Shown here one piece after another: positions 1 to 10,025 of a DNA stretch of 64,000 nt. Under the pieces are notes generated by a model. The model searched no databases and was not told where the DNA came from. It saw nothing but the letters and a program-made list of their open reading frames with translations. Made by a program: the position numbers and the translations under genes. Location of the stretch: NCBI GenBank assembly GCA_013297995.1, contig JAAFJB010000006.1, positions 3,658 to 67,657 of the forward strand, written 5' to 3'. This DNA comes from Chitinophagales bacterium. GTDB taxonomy: Bacteria; Bacteroidota; Bacteroidia; Chitinophagales; Chitinophagaceae. Within the stretch, counting starts at the first letter, position 1, and each line of letters starts with the position of its first letter.

Positions 1-1157
1 TGGGCTTTCACTATTCTTTTCGCTTTCCCCGCTGCTTCATATTGGGTATAAAGCGTTTCAAAATCGGCACCCCAGCAGTTGTTGAGTCCCGGTGCTTCGT
101 GGGGGCAGAATAAGCTCCAGTGCTCATTGGCTTCAACACGTTTCATAAAGAGGTCGCAAATCCACAAGGCATAGAATAAGTCGCGCGCCCGCATTTCTTC
201 TTTGCCATGATTTTTTTTAAGGTCTAAAAACTCATACACGTCTGCATGCCAAGGCTCGAGGTAGATGGCAAAAGCGCCTTTGCGTTTGCCACCACCTTGA
301 TCTACATAACGAGCGGTATCATTAAATACTTTCAGCATGGGTACAATGCCATTACTGGTACCGTTTGTTCCTCCAATATAAGTGCCAGTGGCTCTGATAT
401 GGTGAATGGCCAGACCAATACCGCCTGCACTTTGAGAGATTTTTGCCGTCTGTTTCAACGTATCATAAATGCCTTCAATGCTATCGCTTTTCATGGTCAA
501 CAAAAAACAAGAACTCATTTGCGGCTTTGGTGTTCCTGCATTAAAAAGTGTTGGGGTGGCATGCGTCATCCACTTTTCACTCATGAGGTGATAGGTTTGA
601 ATGGCGCTTTCAATATCTTCTTTGTGTATACCAATAGCAACCCGCATATACATATGTTGTGGGCGCTCTGCAATTTTTCCATTGAGCTTTAAGAGATATG
701 ATTTTTCCAGTGTTTTAAATCCGAAATAATCAAAAGAATAATCCCGATCGTATAGAATGGTACTGTCAATTAAATCGGCATTTGCTTCAATAATCTGCAT
801 AATATCGTCTGCAATAAGTGGCATTCTTTGCTGGGTAATAGCATCTGTATAGTTGTACAGTAAACGCATGGTGGCAGAAAAACGTTTCACCGTATTTTTG
901 TGCAGATTGCTGATGGAAATTCTAGAAGCTAGGATAGCATAATCGGGGTGACGAATGGTAAGCGAAGCGGCTGTTTCTGCGGCTAAATTATCCAAGTCAG
1001 TTGTGGCAACCCCATCATAAATACCTTCAATTGTTTTTTTAGCAACGTCAATAATATTTACAAGATTACTTAAACTATAACTTAGCTTTTCTAGTCTTGC
1101 GGTTACTTTATCAAACCTAACAGGCTCTTTTTTGCCATTTCTTTTTATAACGTACAT
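1..1157 (-). CDS. nrdA: Ribonucleoside-diphosphate reductase class Ia alpha subunit (5' part; runs off the left edge)
   Basis: Not in the ORF track. Manual translation from ATG at 1157 gives [21 protein letters not shown] (ATP cone); the same frame near the edge gives [25 protein letters not shown]. Directly downstream of nrdB. Confidence 0.95.
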   Translation of the reverse strand, partial: MYVIKRNGKKEPVRFDKVTARLEKLSYSLSNLVNIIDVAKKTIEGIYDGVATTDLDNLAAETAASLTIRHPDYAILASRISISNLHKNTVKRFSATMRLLYNYTDAITQQRMPLIADDIMQIIEANADLIDSTILYDRDYSFDYFGFKTLEKSYLLKLNGKIAERPQHMYMRVAIGIHKEDIESAIQTYHLMSEKWMTHATPTLFNAGTPKPQMSSCFLLTMKSDSIEGIYDTLKQTAKISQSAGGIGLAIHHIRATGTYIGGTNGTSNGIVPMLKVFNDTARYVDQGGGKRKGAFAIYLEPWHADVYEFLDLKKNHGKEEMRARDLFYALWICDLFMKRVEANEHWSLFCPHEAPGLNNCWGADFETLYTQYEAAGKAKRIVKA

Positions 1158-1174
1158 GGAATTATATTTTATAT

Positions 1175-2146
1175 TTAAAAGTCTTCGTCGGTAGAAAATA
1201 CTTGAGATGCTTGATTGCCCAGTACACCTGCTTTCTGGTAATCGCCCACTCTTTTTTCAAAGAAATTAGTCTTCCCTTGTAAGGAAATCATCTCCATAAA
1301 ATCAAAAGGGTTGGTGGCATTAAACAATTTGGTATAGCCCAATTCATGTAACCATCTATCGGCAACAAATTCAATATATTGTTTCATTAATTTTGCATTC
1401 ATTCCAATCAAATCAACTGGCAGGGCTTCTGTAATAAATTCTTTTTCAATTTCAACGGCATCGCTAATGATGGAGTGGACAGCAGTTTCGGTCAACTTAT
1501 TCTGCAACATACCATAGAGCAAACAGGCAAATTCACAGTGCAGTCCTTCATCTCTACTAATAAGTTCATTGCTAAAAGTAAGGCCTGGCATTAATCCTCT
1601 TTTTTTCATCCAAAAAATGGAGCAGAAGCTGCCGCTAAAAAATATACCTTCTACGGCTGCAAAAGCCACCAATCTTTCTGCAAAACTGCCATTAACAATC
1701 CACCTCAAAGCCCATTCTGCTTTTCGCTTAACAGCGGGAACGGTATCAATGGCGTGAAATAATTTGTGTTTTTCTTGAGGATCTTTAATATAGGTATCAA
1801 TTAATAAAGCGTAGGTTTCACTGTGAATATTCTCCATCATAATTTGAAAACCATAAAAACACCTTGCTTCAGGTAGTTGCACTTCACTCATGAAATTAAC
1901 GGCTAAATTTTCATTAACGATTCCATCACTGGCGGCAAAAAATGCAAGAATATGTGAAATAAAATGACGTTCTCCATCATTCAAATTCTCCCAATCTTTT
2001 AAGTCGCCGCTTAAATCAATCTCTTCTGCAGTCCAGAAACTTGCTTCGTGACGTTTATACTGTTCCCATATTTTTGGGTAATTAATGGGCAGAATTACAA
2101 ATCGATCTTTGTTTTCTTTGAGTAAAATTTCTTCGTTATTATGCAT
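1175..2146 (-). CDS. nrdB: Ribonucleoside-diphosphate reductase class Ia beta (R2) subunit, eukaryote-like
   Basis: [21 protein letters not shown] (radical Tyr), [23 protein letters not shown] motifs. Confidence 0.97.
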   Translation of the reverse strand: MHNNEEILLKENKDRFVILPINYPKIWEQYKRHEASFWTAEEIDLSGDLKDWENLNDGERHFISHILAFFAASDGIVNENLAVNFMSEVQLPEARCFYGFQIMMENIHSETYALLIDTYIKDPQEKHKLFHAIDTVPAVKRKAEWALRWIVNGSFAERLVAFAAVEGIFFSGSFCSIFWMKKRGLMPGLTFSNELISRDEGLHCEFACLLYGMLQNKLTETAVHSIISDAVEIEKEFITEALPVDLIGMNAKLMKQYIEFVADRWLHELGYTKLFNATNPFDFMEMISLQGKTNFFEKRVGDYQKAGVLGNQASQVFSTDEDF

Positions 2147-2264
2147 GGTAAATATTTTAATACTTATTAAGAGATAAAAGCAATAGTGCAGAAAGAGAAG
2201 CCACTAGTAGCAGCCAATACAATCAGTACACTAGCCTTTCACCCGAAAGCCTTGTTACTATTTT

Positions 2265-2435
2265 GTAATGGCAGGTCTTCTGACTTGCTCCTTTGTTTAA
2301 GGCCTTCCCGTATATTTCAACAGTGGCGTGGGTATAAACAAAATTGCTGGAGCTTACAGCTACGGGGATAGTTCAAGATTTTAACCTGATTCCCTTTTAA
2401 TGAACTGCCTAAGCAGTATCAACCATACGGTGTAA
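2265..2435 (-). ncRNA. Cobalamin riboswitch in the nrdBA leader
   Basis: Minus strand shows the conserved elements in order: TTAAAAGGGAATCAGG (2387-2400), TCCCCGTAGCTGTAAG (2353-2368), GCCACTG (2321-2327), CGGGAAGGCC (2301-2310), AAGTCAGAAGACCTGCC (2270-2286). Boundaries approximate. Confidence 0.9.
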
Positions 2436-2568
2436 AGTAAGTTCCTAATTACGGATACTGAAAAAGATATTATTCACCCCATGTTGAAAACTGGTATAGC
2501 ATATGTTATAATTAGTAGTAATAACCAGTTGCCACTGGGCATTATAATTGTATCTTTAAAAAAAATAT

Positions 2569-3825
2569 ATGGGTACACAACGAATTGTTATTCTTGGTGC
2601 AGGATTTGCCGGGTTGCAAATAGCCAGAAGATTAAGTGATACCAACAATGATATTACTTTAATTGATCAATATAATTTTCATCAATTTCAGCCCTTGATG
2701 TATCAGGTTGCAACAGCAAGATTGGAACCCAGTTCTATTTCATTTCCACTCAGAAAAGTATTTCAACATAAAAAGCAGGTTCATGTACGATTGGCAAATA
2801 TTGAATCAATTGATTCCAGTACCAATAAAGTAAATACAGATATTGGGGTATTTGAATACGACCAACTTATTATAGCCACTGGATGTACCACCAATTATTT
2901 TGGGAATAAAAATATAGAAGCGTTTGCATTCCCTATGAAATCTACCAATGAAGCAATTGCCCTACGCAATCATATACTAATGAATTTTGAAGCTGCATTA
3001 TCAGCAGCACCCGAAACATTGGATGCGCTAATGAATATTGTAGTAGTAGGCGGAGGACCCACTGGTGTGGAACTTTCTGGCTCTTTGGCAGAGCTGAAGA
3101 AGAATATTCTTCCGAAAGATTATCCAGATATGGATTTTTCCAAACTCACGGTACATTTATTAGAAGCGGGACCTGCCATTTTGGGCGTAATGAGCAAATC
3201 ATCTCAAGAGAAATCAAAATATTATCTGGAACAAATGGGGGTTCAGGTACACACCCATACAGCGGTAAAAGATTTTGATGGCACAACAGTTATGCTCGGT
3301 AATGGAGAGACCATTACTACCAAAACCATGATTTGGGCTGCGGGCGTTACTGGTAATATTCCTGTGGGGATTCCTGCTGAAAAATTAGGCAGGGGCAATC
3401 GACTGAAAGTAGATTTGTACAATAGGGTAGAAGGGTATAAAAATATATATGCCGTAGGTGATATTGCTTTTATGGTTACAAAAGAATTTCCCAATGGGCA
3501 TCCTCAATTGGCGAATGTGGCTATTGAGCAAGCAAAAAATCTGGTACATAATATCAAACAACAGCAAAGAGAGAATAAGGAAAAACCATTCGTTTATAAA
3601 AACCCAGGAACGATGGCTACGGTAGGAAAAAGAAAGGCGGTGGTTGACCTTCCCAATTTTAGTTTTCAGGGTAGATTGGCTTGGTTTGTCTGGATGTTTC
3701 TACACCTTATGCTGATAGTAAGTGTAAAAAACAGACTGATCATCTTTATCAATTGGGCCATCAGTTATTTCACCAATGATACCACACTTCGGTTGATTTT
3801 ATTGCCAAAGAAAAGAGTAAATTAG
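2569..3825 (+). CDS. ndh: Type II NADH dehydrogenase (FAD-dependent oxidoreductase)
   Basis: Two Rossmann motifs (GAGFAG; VVGGGPTGVELSG), FQPLMYQVATA, C-terminal FSFQGRLAWFVW. Confidence 0.9.
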   Translation: MGTQRIVILGAGFAGLQIARRLSDTNNDITLIDQYNFHQFQPLMYQVATARLEPSSISFPLRKVFQHKKQVHVRLANIESIDSSTNKVNTDIGVFEYDQLIIATGCTTNYFGNKNIEAFAFPMKSTNEAIALRNHILMNFEAALSAAPETLDALMNIVVVGGGPTGVELSGSLAELKKNILPKDYPDMDFSKLTVHLLEAGPAILGVMSKSSQEKSKYYLEQMGVQVHTHTAVKDFDGTTVMLGNGETITTKTMIWAAGVTGNIPVGIPAEKLGRGNRLKVDLYNRVEGYKNIYAVGDIAFMVTKEFPNGHPQLANVAIEQAKNLVHNIKQQQRENKEKPFVYKNPGTMATVGKRKAVVDLPNFSFQGRLAWFVWMFLHLMLIVSVKNRLIIFINWAISYFTNDTTLRLILLPKKRVN

Positions 3826-3829
3826 TGTT

Positions 3830-4777
3830 ATGTTAAAAGCTGAAAATATTGAATCAAGTTGGAAAAAAATTATGTTTAAGCAGCTGTTTTTTTCTGCCTT
3901 TCTCATCAACTTGCTTTTTATGTTGGCCTACTGTTTTTTGAGTTGGCTGCTCACAGTTGAATTGGACTGTATTAATTTAAATGAAAAAACGATTTTATTT
4001 TGGGTGCCACTTTCTATTTCATGGATTCCTTTGGTGCTGTTCTTATTGCCCAAACTACACAATTATGATTTTAGCAAATCTGGATCTAAGTTTGGATACC
4101 TTTTATTTATTTCTTTACTGAGCTGGGTAAATACTTGCTTTGCTCATATATTTATGGAAAGGGCAACGGGGAAATTTGCTGAATTAAAAAGTATAGCGGC
4201 ATTTGATCACAATAAAAAAGTGAAATATTACCAGCTCCAAAACTATTATTTAGATACTACAAAAAAAGTGGTGATAAGTTCTTCCAAAATCACTGGAAAA
4301 TACAATAACAATCTCAACTTCTATATTTATGCTATAACACCCATTTACGCTTTTATAGGGGATACTATTAATAGAGAATGTTCTTACTGGATAGGAAGTA
4401 CTTATATAAAAACGGTACGTAATAGTAATAGTAATACTATTAATCAAGAAGCTTACATATCGTTTCTAAATGAAACAAAGTTAAAATACAAATCTACCCA
4501 GTTTAACCAAATAAAGTATTTTGAATTGGTTGGAAGAAATAGTAATCTTGATTTTTTTAATACTGCAACTCGAAGAAGCAGCTTAGTAAGCTATCACGAC
4601 CCTATTTTTTTTAATGCTGCTTTTGAGCCAATAGCTGAGCGATATAAAGAGTCGATGAAACAATTCTTGATTGTAATAAGTTTTACAACTGCTTTGCTCT
4701 TGCTCATTACTTTTTTGGCAATAAAGAATTCTTTAAAACCCAAAGTTAATTCAACCCCAGATCTGCCGCTAGCGTAG
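3830..4777 (+). CDS. Hypothetical membrane protein resembling the N-terminal accessory region of Bacteroidota rhomboid proteases
   Basis: Three N-terminal hydrophobic segments, a soluble domain and one C-terminal TM. ATGK..L..I....K.KYY.L.NYY pattern recalled from long rhomboids. No catalytic rhomboid motifs. Confidence 0.5.
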   Translation: MLKAENIESSWKKIMFKQLFFSAFLINLLFMLAYCFLSWLLTVELDCINLNEKTILFWVPLSISWIPLVLFLLPKLHNYDFSKSGSKFGYLLFISLLSWVNTCFAHIFMERATGKFAELKSIAAFDHNKKVKYYQLQNYYLDTTKKVVISSSKITGKYNNNLNFYIYAITPIYAFIGDTINRECSYWIGSTYIKTVRNSNSNTINQEAYISFLNETKLKYKSTQFNQIKYFELVGRNSNLDFFNTATRRSSLVSYHDPIFFNAAFEPIAERYKESMKQFLIVISFTTALLLLITFLAIKNSLKPKVNSTPDLPLA

Positions 4778-5918
4778 TAGCTTCTATATTGCTATAATCT
4801 TTTATTTCATTATAGAGTGTACCACGCTCAATTGGCTGTCTTTTTACTTGTTTTATTAAGCGTACCAAATCGGCTGTACTCATAGTGGGCGTTTGTTCTT
4901 CACTGCCTGCCATCGCATAAATTTTAGTAGAATCATCAATGGTTCCATCTACATCATTTACACCAAAAGAGAGACTGAGCTGGGCATTTTGCCTACCCAA
5001 CATAGGCCAGTAGGCTTTTACGTGCGGAAAATTATCCATATACAATCGCGATACCGCATACATTTTCATATCTTCTACTATGGTAGACTCTTTAATATGA
5101 CTCATATCATTTTCCTTATTGCGAAATTTCAATGGAATAAATGTATTGAATCCTCCAGTCTCGTCCTGTAAATTCCGCAAGCGATCCATATGGTCAATTC
5201 TATGCCAATATTCCTCTATATGCCCGTATAGCAGCGTTGCGTTACTGTGCATACCTAATTGATGCGCAGCTTTGTGTATAGCGAGCCAGCCATCCGCATC
5301 TACTTTGTCAGCACAAATCTGCTTGCGAATAGCAGGGTGAAATATTTCAGCACCACCACCTGGCAGTGAATCCAAACCTGCTTCATGCGATAAACGCATG
5401 CCTTCTTCAACAGTAACTTTTGCTTTCCTAAACATATAATCCAATTCAACTGGCGTGAATGCTTTAATATGTAAATCAGGCCGATGTGCTTTAATGGTGC
5501 GGAGTAAAGTGAGAAAAAAATCCATATTCATCTTGGGATGAACACCCCCTACAATATGCACTTCAGTAACAGGTTTGCCATCATAACTTTTTACAATATG
5601 CATCATCTGATCAATACTCAATTCCCAGCCTTCTTCTCTATTAGAATAGAGTTTTGAATAAGAACAGAATGCGCAGGAAAAAACACAAATATTGGTAGGC
5701 TCAATATGAAAGTTGCGATTAAAATAAGTTTTATGGCCATGTTTTTCTTCGCGTACCCAATTGGCCAATGCTCCTGTATACGAAAGTGATGCTTTTTCAA
5801 ACAAAGCAACACCATCTTCAAAGCTGATGCGTTCTTTATTCAATATCTTATAACCAATGGCTTGGAGTATTGGATCTTTTACTGCGTCTACTAGTGTTTT
5901 TATGGCAGGGCTACTCAT
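4746..5918 (-). CDS. mqnE: Aminofutalosine synthase (radical SAM, CofH/MqnE family)
   Basis: CVFSCAFC radical SAM motif, SLPGGGAEIF, FIPLKFR, HVKAYW. Start moved to ATG 5918 because the track start overlaps a TAACTTTG promoter motif (5934-5941, minus). Confidence 0.85.
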   Translation of the reverse strand: MSSPAIKTLVDAVKDPILQAIGYKILNKERISFEDGVALFEKASLSYTGALANWVREEKHGHKTYFNRNFHIEPTNICVFSCAFCSYSKLYSNREEGWELSIDQMMHIVKSYDGKPVTEVHIVGGVHPKMNMDFFLTLLRTIKAHRPDLHIKAFTPVELDYMFRKAKVTVEEGMRLSHEAGLDSLPGGGAEIFHPAIRKQICADKVDADGWLAIHKAAHQLGMHSNATLLYGHIEEYWHRIDHMDRLRNLQDETGGFNTFIPLKFRNKENDMSHIKESTIVEDMKMYAVSRLYMDNFPHVKAYWPMLGRQNAQLSLSFGVNDVDGTIDDSTKIYAMAGSEEQTPTMSTADLVRLIKQVKRQPIERGTLYNEIKDYSNIEATTLAADLGLN

Positions 5919-6094
5919 TGGTATAATTTTTTGCAAAGTTAGTGAGAAATATGGTGAAGGTTAAACTAAGGCATTGGTGTATAATTTCTATCCCCAAAAA
6001 AGAATAGGAAAGCTAAACAACTGGTTATTGAATGCTGTTTTACAATTTATTTTCCCAAAAACTTATATTAACTTGCTCCTCTAAATTAAATGCT

Positions 6095-6574
6095 ATGCAG
6101 ACTGGCTTGCTTCACTTACACAATTTTTTACGCTGGGTAATTCTTATTTTACTGTTGATTTCTATTTACAAAGCTTATAGTGGCTGGTCATCTAAAAAAG
6201 CATTTCAAGTAGGAGATAAGAAAATCTGGTTGTTCACCATGATTGCAGCTCATATTACTTTGTTGCTTGGTCTCTATCAAACTTTCATGGGTAGGTATGG
6301 GATATTTACTACCGATTTACCCGAAGGCACGTCAGTGATGAAAGATAGATTCTTCAGATTTTTCTGGGTTGAACATCCCATTACAATGATTGTTGCAATA
6401 ATATTCATCACTTTGGCTCATGGCATATATAAGAAACAAATTTCTGATGAAGAAAAATATAAGAAAGCCTTTTACTATTTATTGATAGCGCTTGTGTTAA
6501 TACTTGCGGGAATCCCTTGGCCTTTCAGAGAAATTATAGGCAGACCTTATTTCCCTGGTATGCCCATTGCTTAA
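6095..6574 (+). CDS. Conserved four-TM membrane protein (Bacteroidota 'cytochrome B'-like hypothetical)
   Basis: LHNFLRWVIL...EHP...IPW pattern with 4 hydrophobic helices; likely start ATG 6095. Confidence 0.65.
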   Translation: MQTGLLHLHNFLRWVILILLLISIYKAYSGWSSKKAFQVGDKKIWLFTMIAAHITLLLGLYQTFMGRYGIFTTDLPEGTSVMKDRFFRFFWVEHPITMIVAIIFITLAHGIYKKQISDEEKYKKAFYYLLIALVLILAGIPWPFREIIGRPYFPGMPIA

Positions 6575-6617
6575 GTTTATTTACTGTTGAATTTTAATAA
6601 CTCTCAATTTACTTGCC

Positions 6618-7775
6618 ATGCCTCACTATGCTAGTTTGGGAAAAATTCCACATAAACGCCATACCCAATTTCGTAAACCAGATGGTGGTTTGTATTCTGA
6701 ACAACTGTTTTCAACAGAAGGCTTTAGCAATGATTATTCCCTATTGTACCATATTTATCCGCCAACTCAAATTATTAGTACAGATGAACCTTATTCTGTA
6801 ATGCCCAAAATTGCAGAAGAGAAAATGCTAAAACATAGATGTTTTGAAGGATTTAAAATAAATTCTGCAGCAGATTTTCTTCAAAGCAGAAAAGCCATCC
6901 TAGTAAACAATGATTGCCATATTGTATTGGCTGCACCTGAGCAAAGTACAACCGATTATTTCTATAAGAATGCCGATGCTGATGAGCTTATTTTTATTCA
7001 CGAAGGATCGGGTAAACTTTTAACGCAATATGGAGAATTATTATTTGGTTATGGCGACTATATTATTATACCACGAGGATCTATTTACCAAATTCATTTT
7101 GATACCCCAAAAAATCGTTTGTTTATAGTAGAAAGCTTTAGTAACCTCCGTTACCCCAAACGCTATACCAGTAAGAATGGACAATTGCTGGAGCATTCCC
7201 CATACTGCGAGCGAGATATTAGAGGTCCCCATGAGTTGACTACCAAAGATGATAAAGGCGATTTCCTAATCAAAACCAAAAAGCAAGGGGTAATTTATGG
7301 ATTACATTATGGCACCCATCCTTTTGATGTAATTGGTTGGGATGGATATTGTTATCCTTATATATTGAGTATCCATGATTTTGAACCCATCACTGGTAGA
7401 ATACACCAACCACCGCCCGTACACCAGACTTTTGACGCCCAAAATTTTGTGGTCTGCAGTTTTTGCCCCCGCCTATACGATTACCACCCCAATGCCATTC
7501 CTGCTCCTTATAATCATAGTAATATAGATAGTGATGAACTCTTGTATTATGTTGATGGCGATTTTATGAGTCGTAAAAATGTAACTAGAGGAATGATGAC
7601 CTTACATCCTGCGGGCATTCCACATGGACCTCATCCTGGTTCAGTAGAAAAAAGTATTGGCAAAAAAGAAACCCAAGAATTAGCTGTTATGGTTGATACT
7701 TTTCATCCGCTTAAGCTAACAGTAGAAGCAATTGAGATTGAAAACCCTGGATATACCATGAGTTGGGCCGAGTAG
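6618..7775 (+). CDS. hmgA: Homogentisate 1,2-dioxygenase
   Basis: NADADELIF, PFDVIGWDG, HQPPPVHQTF, PYNHSNIDSDE, HPAGIPHGPHPG. Confidence 0.93.
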   Translation: MPHYASLGKIPHKRHTQFRKPDGGLYSEQLFSTEGFSNDYSLLYHIYPPTQIISTDEPYSVMPKIAEEKMLKHRCFEGFKINSAADFLQSRKAILVNNDCHIVLAAPEQSTTDYFYKNADADELIFIHEGSGKLLTQYGELLFGYGDYIIIPRGSIYQIHFDTPKNRLFIVESFSNLRYPKRYTSKNGQLLEHSPYCERDIRGPHELTTKDDKGDFLIKTKKQGVIYGLHYGTHPFDVIGWDGYCYPYILSIHDFEPITGRIHQPPPVHQTFDAQNFVVCSFCPRLYDYHPNAIPAPYNHSNIDSDELLYYVDGDFMSRKNVTRGMMTLHPAGIPHGPHPGSVEKSIGKKETQELAVMVDTFHPLKLTVEAIEIENPGYTMSWAE

Positions 7776-7781
7776 GGGTTA

Positions 7782-7826
7782 GATCGTCGGGTCGTCTTTT
7801 GTCGGGTCGTCGGATCGTCGGGTTGT
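7782..7826 (+). repeat. Degenerate octamer tandem repeat (nnTCGTCG)
   Basis: GATCGTCG GGTCGTCT TTTGTCG GGTCGTCG GATCGTCG GGTTGT read directly after the hmgA stop. Confidence 0.75.
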
Positions 7827-7919
7827 ATTTGGTCTCTACCGTTTGAAGCAAATATTATTGGAGATATAGCTCAAATTCAAAAAAAACCTTTAATTTAATA
7901 GTCAAAATCAATTGCCATT

Positions 7920-8324
7920 ATGATTAAATTTAACGAAATTAAAGTCGGCGACTACCTCATAGGAGAATATGATGGAAAGCGTTGGCAGGGTGAAGTAACC
8001 CGTTTGAATGGAGATGAAAAACAAGTATGCCTCCGAACTATTGTTCAAGAATTTTGGTTTTCTACCAACCAGCTTTATGCCATTCCACTTGATGAAGCAG
8101 CATTAACTAATTTAAGCTTTAGCAAGCAACAAAATGAGGATGGATCTATCAAGTACATGAAAGGATCTTTTAGAATTGTAACGCCCAAAGCGGGTGATTT
8201 TTCTTCCATTGAAATGTGGTATCGAGAAGATAAACGCCATCACCCAGATGTACATTCGGTTCATCAATTGCAGAACCAGTACCACAGCATGACAAAAATA
8301 TATTTAACCAGTGATCCTATGTAG
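7920..8324 (+). CDS. Conserved hypothetical protein
   Basis: 134-aa ORF; N-terminal SH3/KOW-like beta-rich stretch; ..VHQLQN pattern seen in Bacteroidota hypotheticals. Confidence 0.7.
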   Translation: MIKFNEIKVGDYLIGEYDGKRWQGEVTRLNGDEKQVCLRTIVQEFWFSTNQLYAIPLDEAALTNLSFSKQQNEDGSIKYMKGSFRIVTPKAGDFSSIEMWYREDKRHHPDVHSVHQLQNQYHSMTKIYLTSDPM

Positions 8325-8337
8325 CCATTTAGTAATG

Positions 8338-8381
8338 AAGAATAAAAATACGCCAGGTAATTCTGCTGTATTTTTATTCTT
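8338..8381 (+). terminator. Inverted-repeat terminator
   Basis: AAGAATAAAAATAC ... GTATTTTTATTCTT 14-bp inverted repeat after the stop. Confidence 0.6.
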
Positions 8382-8501
8382 TTACCAGTATTATTTCCCC
8401 TGTTTTACCCTTTCAAGACAAGATCTAGGCTTTTAACAGGTATTTTTCCACATTTTCGAGAGTTTTTTCCACTATTTTTTCATATTTCAGTTAGATTTTG
8501 A

Positions 8502-8509
8502 TATCTTTG
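8502..8509 (+). promoter_or_regulatory. Bacteroidota -7 promoter element for the infA/alpha operon
   Basis: TATCTTTG matches TAnnTTTG, 16 nt before the infA ATG. Confidence 0.7.
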
Positions 8510-8525
8510 CAGCCCCAAAAATAGT

Positions 8526-8744
8526 ATGTCGAAACAACCACTGATTAAACAAGATGGAGTTATTCTGGAAGCATTAAGTAATGCTATGTTCCGGGTAAAA
8601 TTAGAAAATGGTCATGAAATATTGGCTACTATATCTGGTAAAATGCGGATGCACTATATTCGAATTTTACCAGGCGACAAAGTAGGGGTAGAAATGAGTC
8701 CCTATGACCTTAGCAGGGGCAGGATCATTTTTAGGTATAAATAA
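8526..8744 (+). CDS. infA: Translation initiation factor IF-1
   Basis: [32 protein letters not shown]. Confidence 0.98.
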   Translation: MSKQPLIKQDGVILEALSNAMFRVKLENGHEILATISGKMRMHYIRILPGDKVGVEMSPYDLSRGRIIFRYK

Positions 8745-8841
8745 TATACTGTAGGAAAAAGAATACTAAAAGGGGGATAGCTGAGACGGGAAAAGATAAG
8801 GGTTAATGGGTTTATAATAAGAACAAGTAAACAAAGATAAA

Positions 8842-8958
8842 ATGAAAGTAAGAGCTTCCATTAAAAAACGCAGTGCAGATTGCAAAATCGTAAAACGCAA
8901 GGGTAAATTATTTGTGATTAATAAAAAAAATCCCCGCTTTAAGCAACGCCAAGGATAA
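8842..8958 (+). CDS. rpmJ: 50S ribosomal protein L36
   Basis: Not in the track; manual translation [38 protein letters not shown]. Confidence 0.97.
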   Translation: MKVRASIKKRSADCKIVKRKGKLFVINKKNPRFKQRQG

Positions 8959-8995
8959 TTAATTAATCAAATTAACAGCATAAAACAATTATAAT

Positions 8996-9376
8996 ATGGC
9001 TCGTATTGCCGGTATTGATTTGCCAAAAAACAAAAGAGGTGAGATTGGTTTAACCTATATTTTTGGTATTGGACGTTCTACAGCCCAGTATATTCTGGAT
9101 AAAGCAGGTATTGACGTGAATAAAAAAGTAAACCAGTGGAACGACGATGAGCAAACTGCTATCCGTAACATTATTAATAGCGAGTTCAAGGTTGAAGGAG
9201 CACTCAGAAGTGAAGTTTCTATGAGTATTAAGCGATTGCTTGATATTGCTTGCTACAGAGGTCTCAGACACCGTAAGGGTTTACCAGTGCGTGGTCAGAG
9301 AACCAAAACCAACAGTCGTACCAGAAAGGGTAAGCGAAAAACAGTAGCTGGTAAGAAAAAAGCAGCTAAAAAATAA
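8996..9376 (+). CDS. rpsM: 30S ribosomal protein S13
   Basis: [10 protein letters not shown]...[26 protein letters not shown]. Confidence 0.98.
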   Translation: MARIAGIDLPKNKRGEIGLTYIFGIGRSTAQYILDKAGIDVNKKVNQWNDDEQTAIRNIINSEFKVEGALRSEVSMSIKRLLDIACYRGLRHRKGLPVRGQRTKTNSRTRKGKRKTVAGKKKAAKK

Positions 9377-9531
9377 ATAGTTTGCCCAGTGTATAGATGC
9401 GCTGGGCTTTCTACTATAAAATCCTATTATTTTGGATCACTTGAAAGAGTAGGAGAAATAATAGGTTCCTTAACGGGAGTCACTATTCATACATCCCGCA
9501 ATAGCGGAATGATCACCTTAAAAAAGTAACA

Positions 9532-9942
9532 ATGGCCAAACCACAAAAAGCGCAAAACAGTGCAAAAGCTGCTGCCAAAAAAAGAGTTGTAAAAGTTGAT
9601 GCAGCTGGAGAAGTTCGCATTTCCGCAACATTTAACAATATCATTATTAGCTTTACCAATAAAACGGGTCAAGTTATTAGTTGGAGTAGTGCTGGTAAAA
9701 TGGGATTCAAAGGATCCAAAAAAAATACTCCCTATGCTGCACAAATGGCAGCCGCAGATGCAGCTAAAGTTGCATTAGACGCTGGTTTAAAGCGCGTAGA
9801 AGTTTTTGTAAAGGGACCAGGTGCTGGTCGCGAAGGAGCAATCCGCTCTATTGCACAGTCTGGAGTTGAAGTAGTGTCTATTAAAGATGTTACTCCAATG
9901 CCTCACAACGGTTGTAGACCACCCAAACAGAGAAGGGTTTAA
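9532..9942 (+). CDS. rpsK: 30S ribosomal protein S11
   Basis: [43 protein letters not shown]. Confidence 0.98.
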   Translation: MAKPQKAQNSAKAAAKKRVVKVDAAGEVRISATFNNIIISFTNKTGQVISWSSAGKMGFKGSKKNTPYAAQMAAADAAKVALDAGLKRVEVFVKGPGAGREGAIRSIAQSGVEVVSIKDVTPMPHNGCRPPKQRRV

Positions 9943-10025
9943 TTTTTATTATTTCATAACCGGATGTACAATCTATTTTAGATTTTTTGATTATACATCG
10001 TCATTAAAAAATCAATACAAATATT

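Noticed and set aside
246-692. 148-aa plus-strand ORF, and the many other short ORFs antisense to or inside recognised genes
   Set aside because: Shadow ORFs of clearly identified genes (here nrdA), with no recognisable motifs.
2474-2510. NrdR-box-like words (CACCCCATGTTG, TAGCATATGTTA) upstream of nrdB
   Set aside because: Weak match to the consensus, and I have no evidence that this lineage encodes NrdR.
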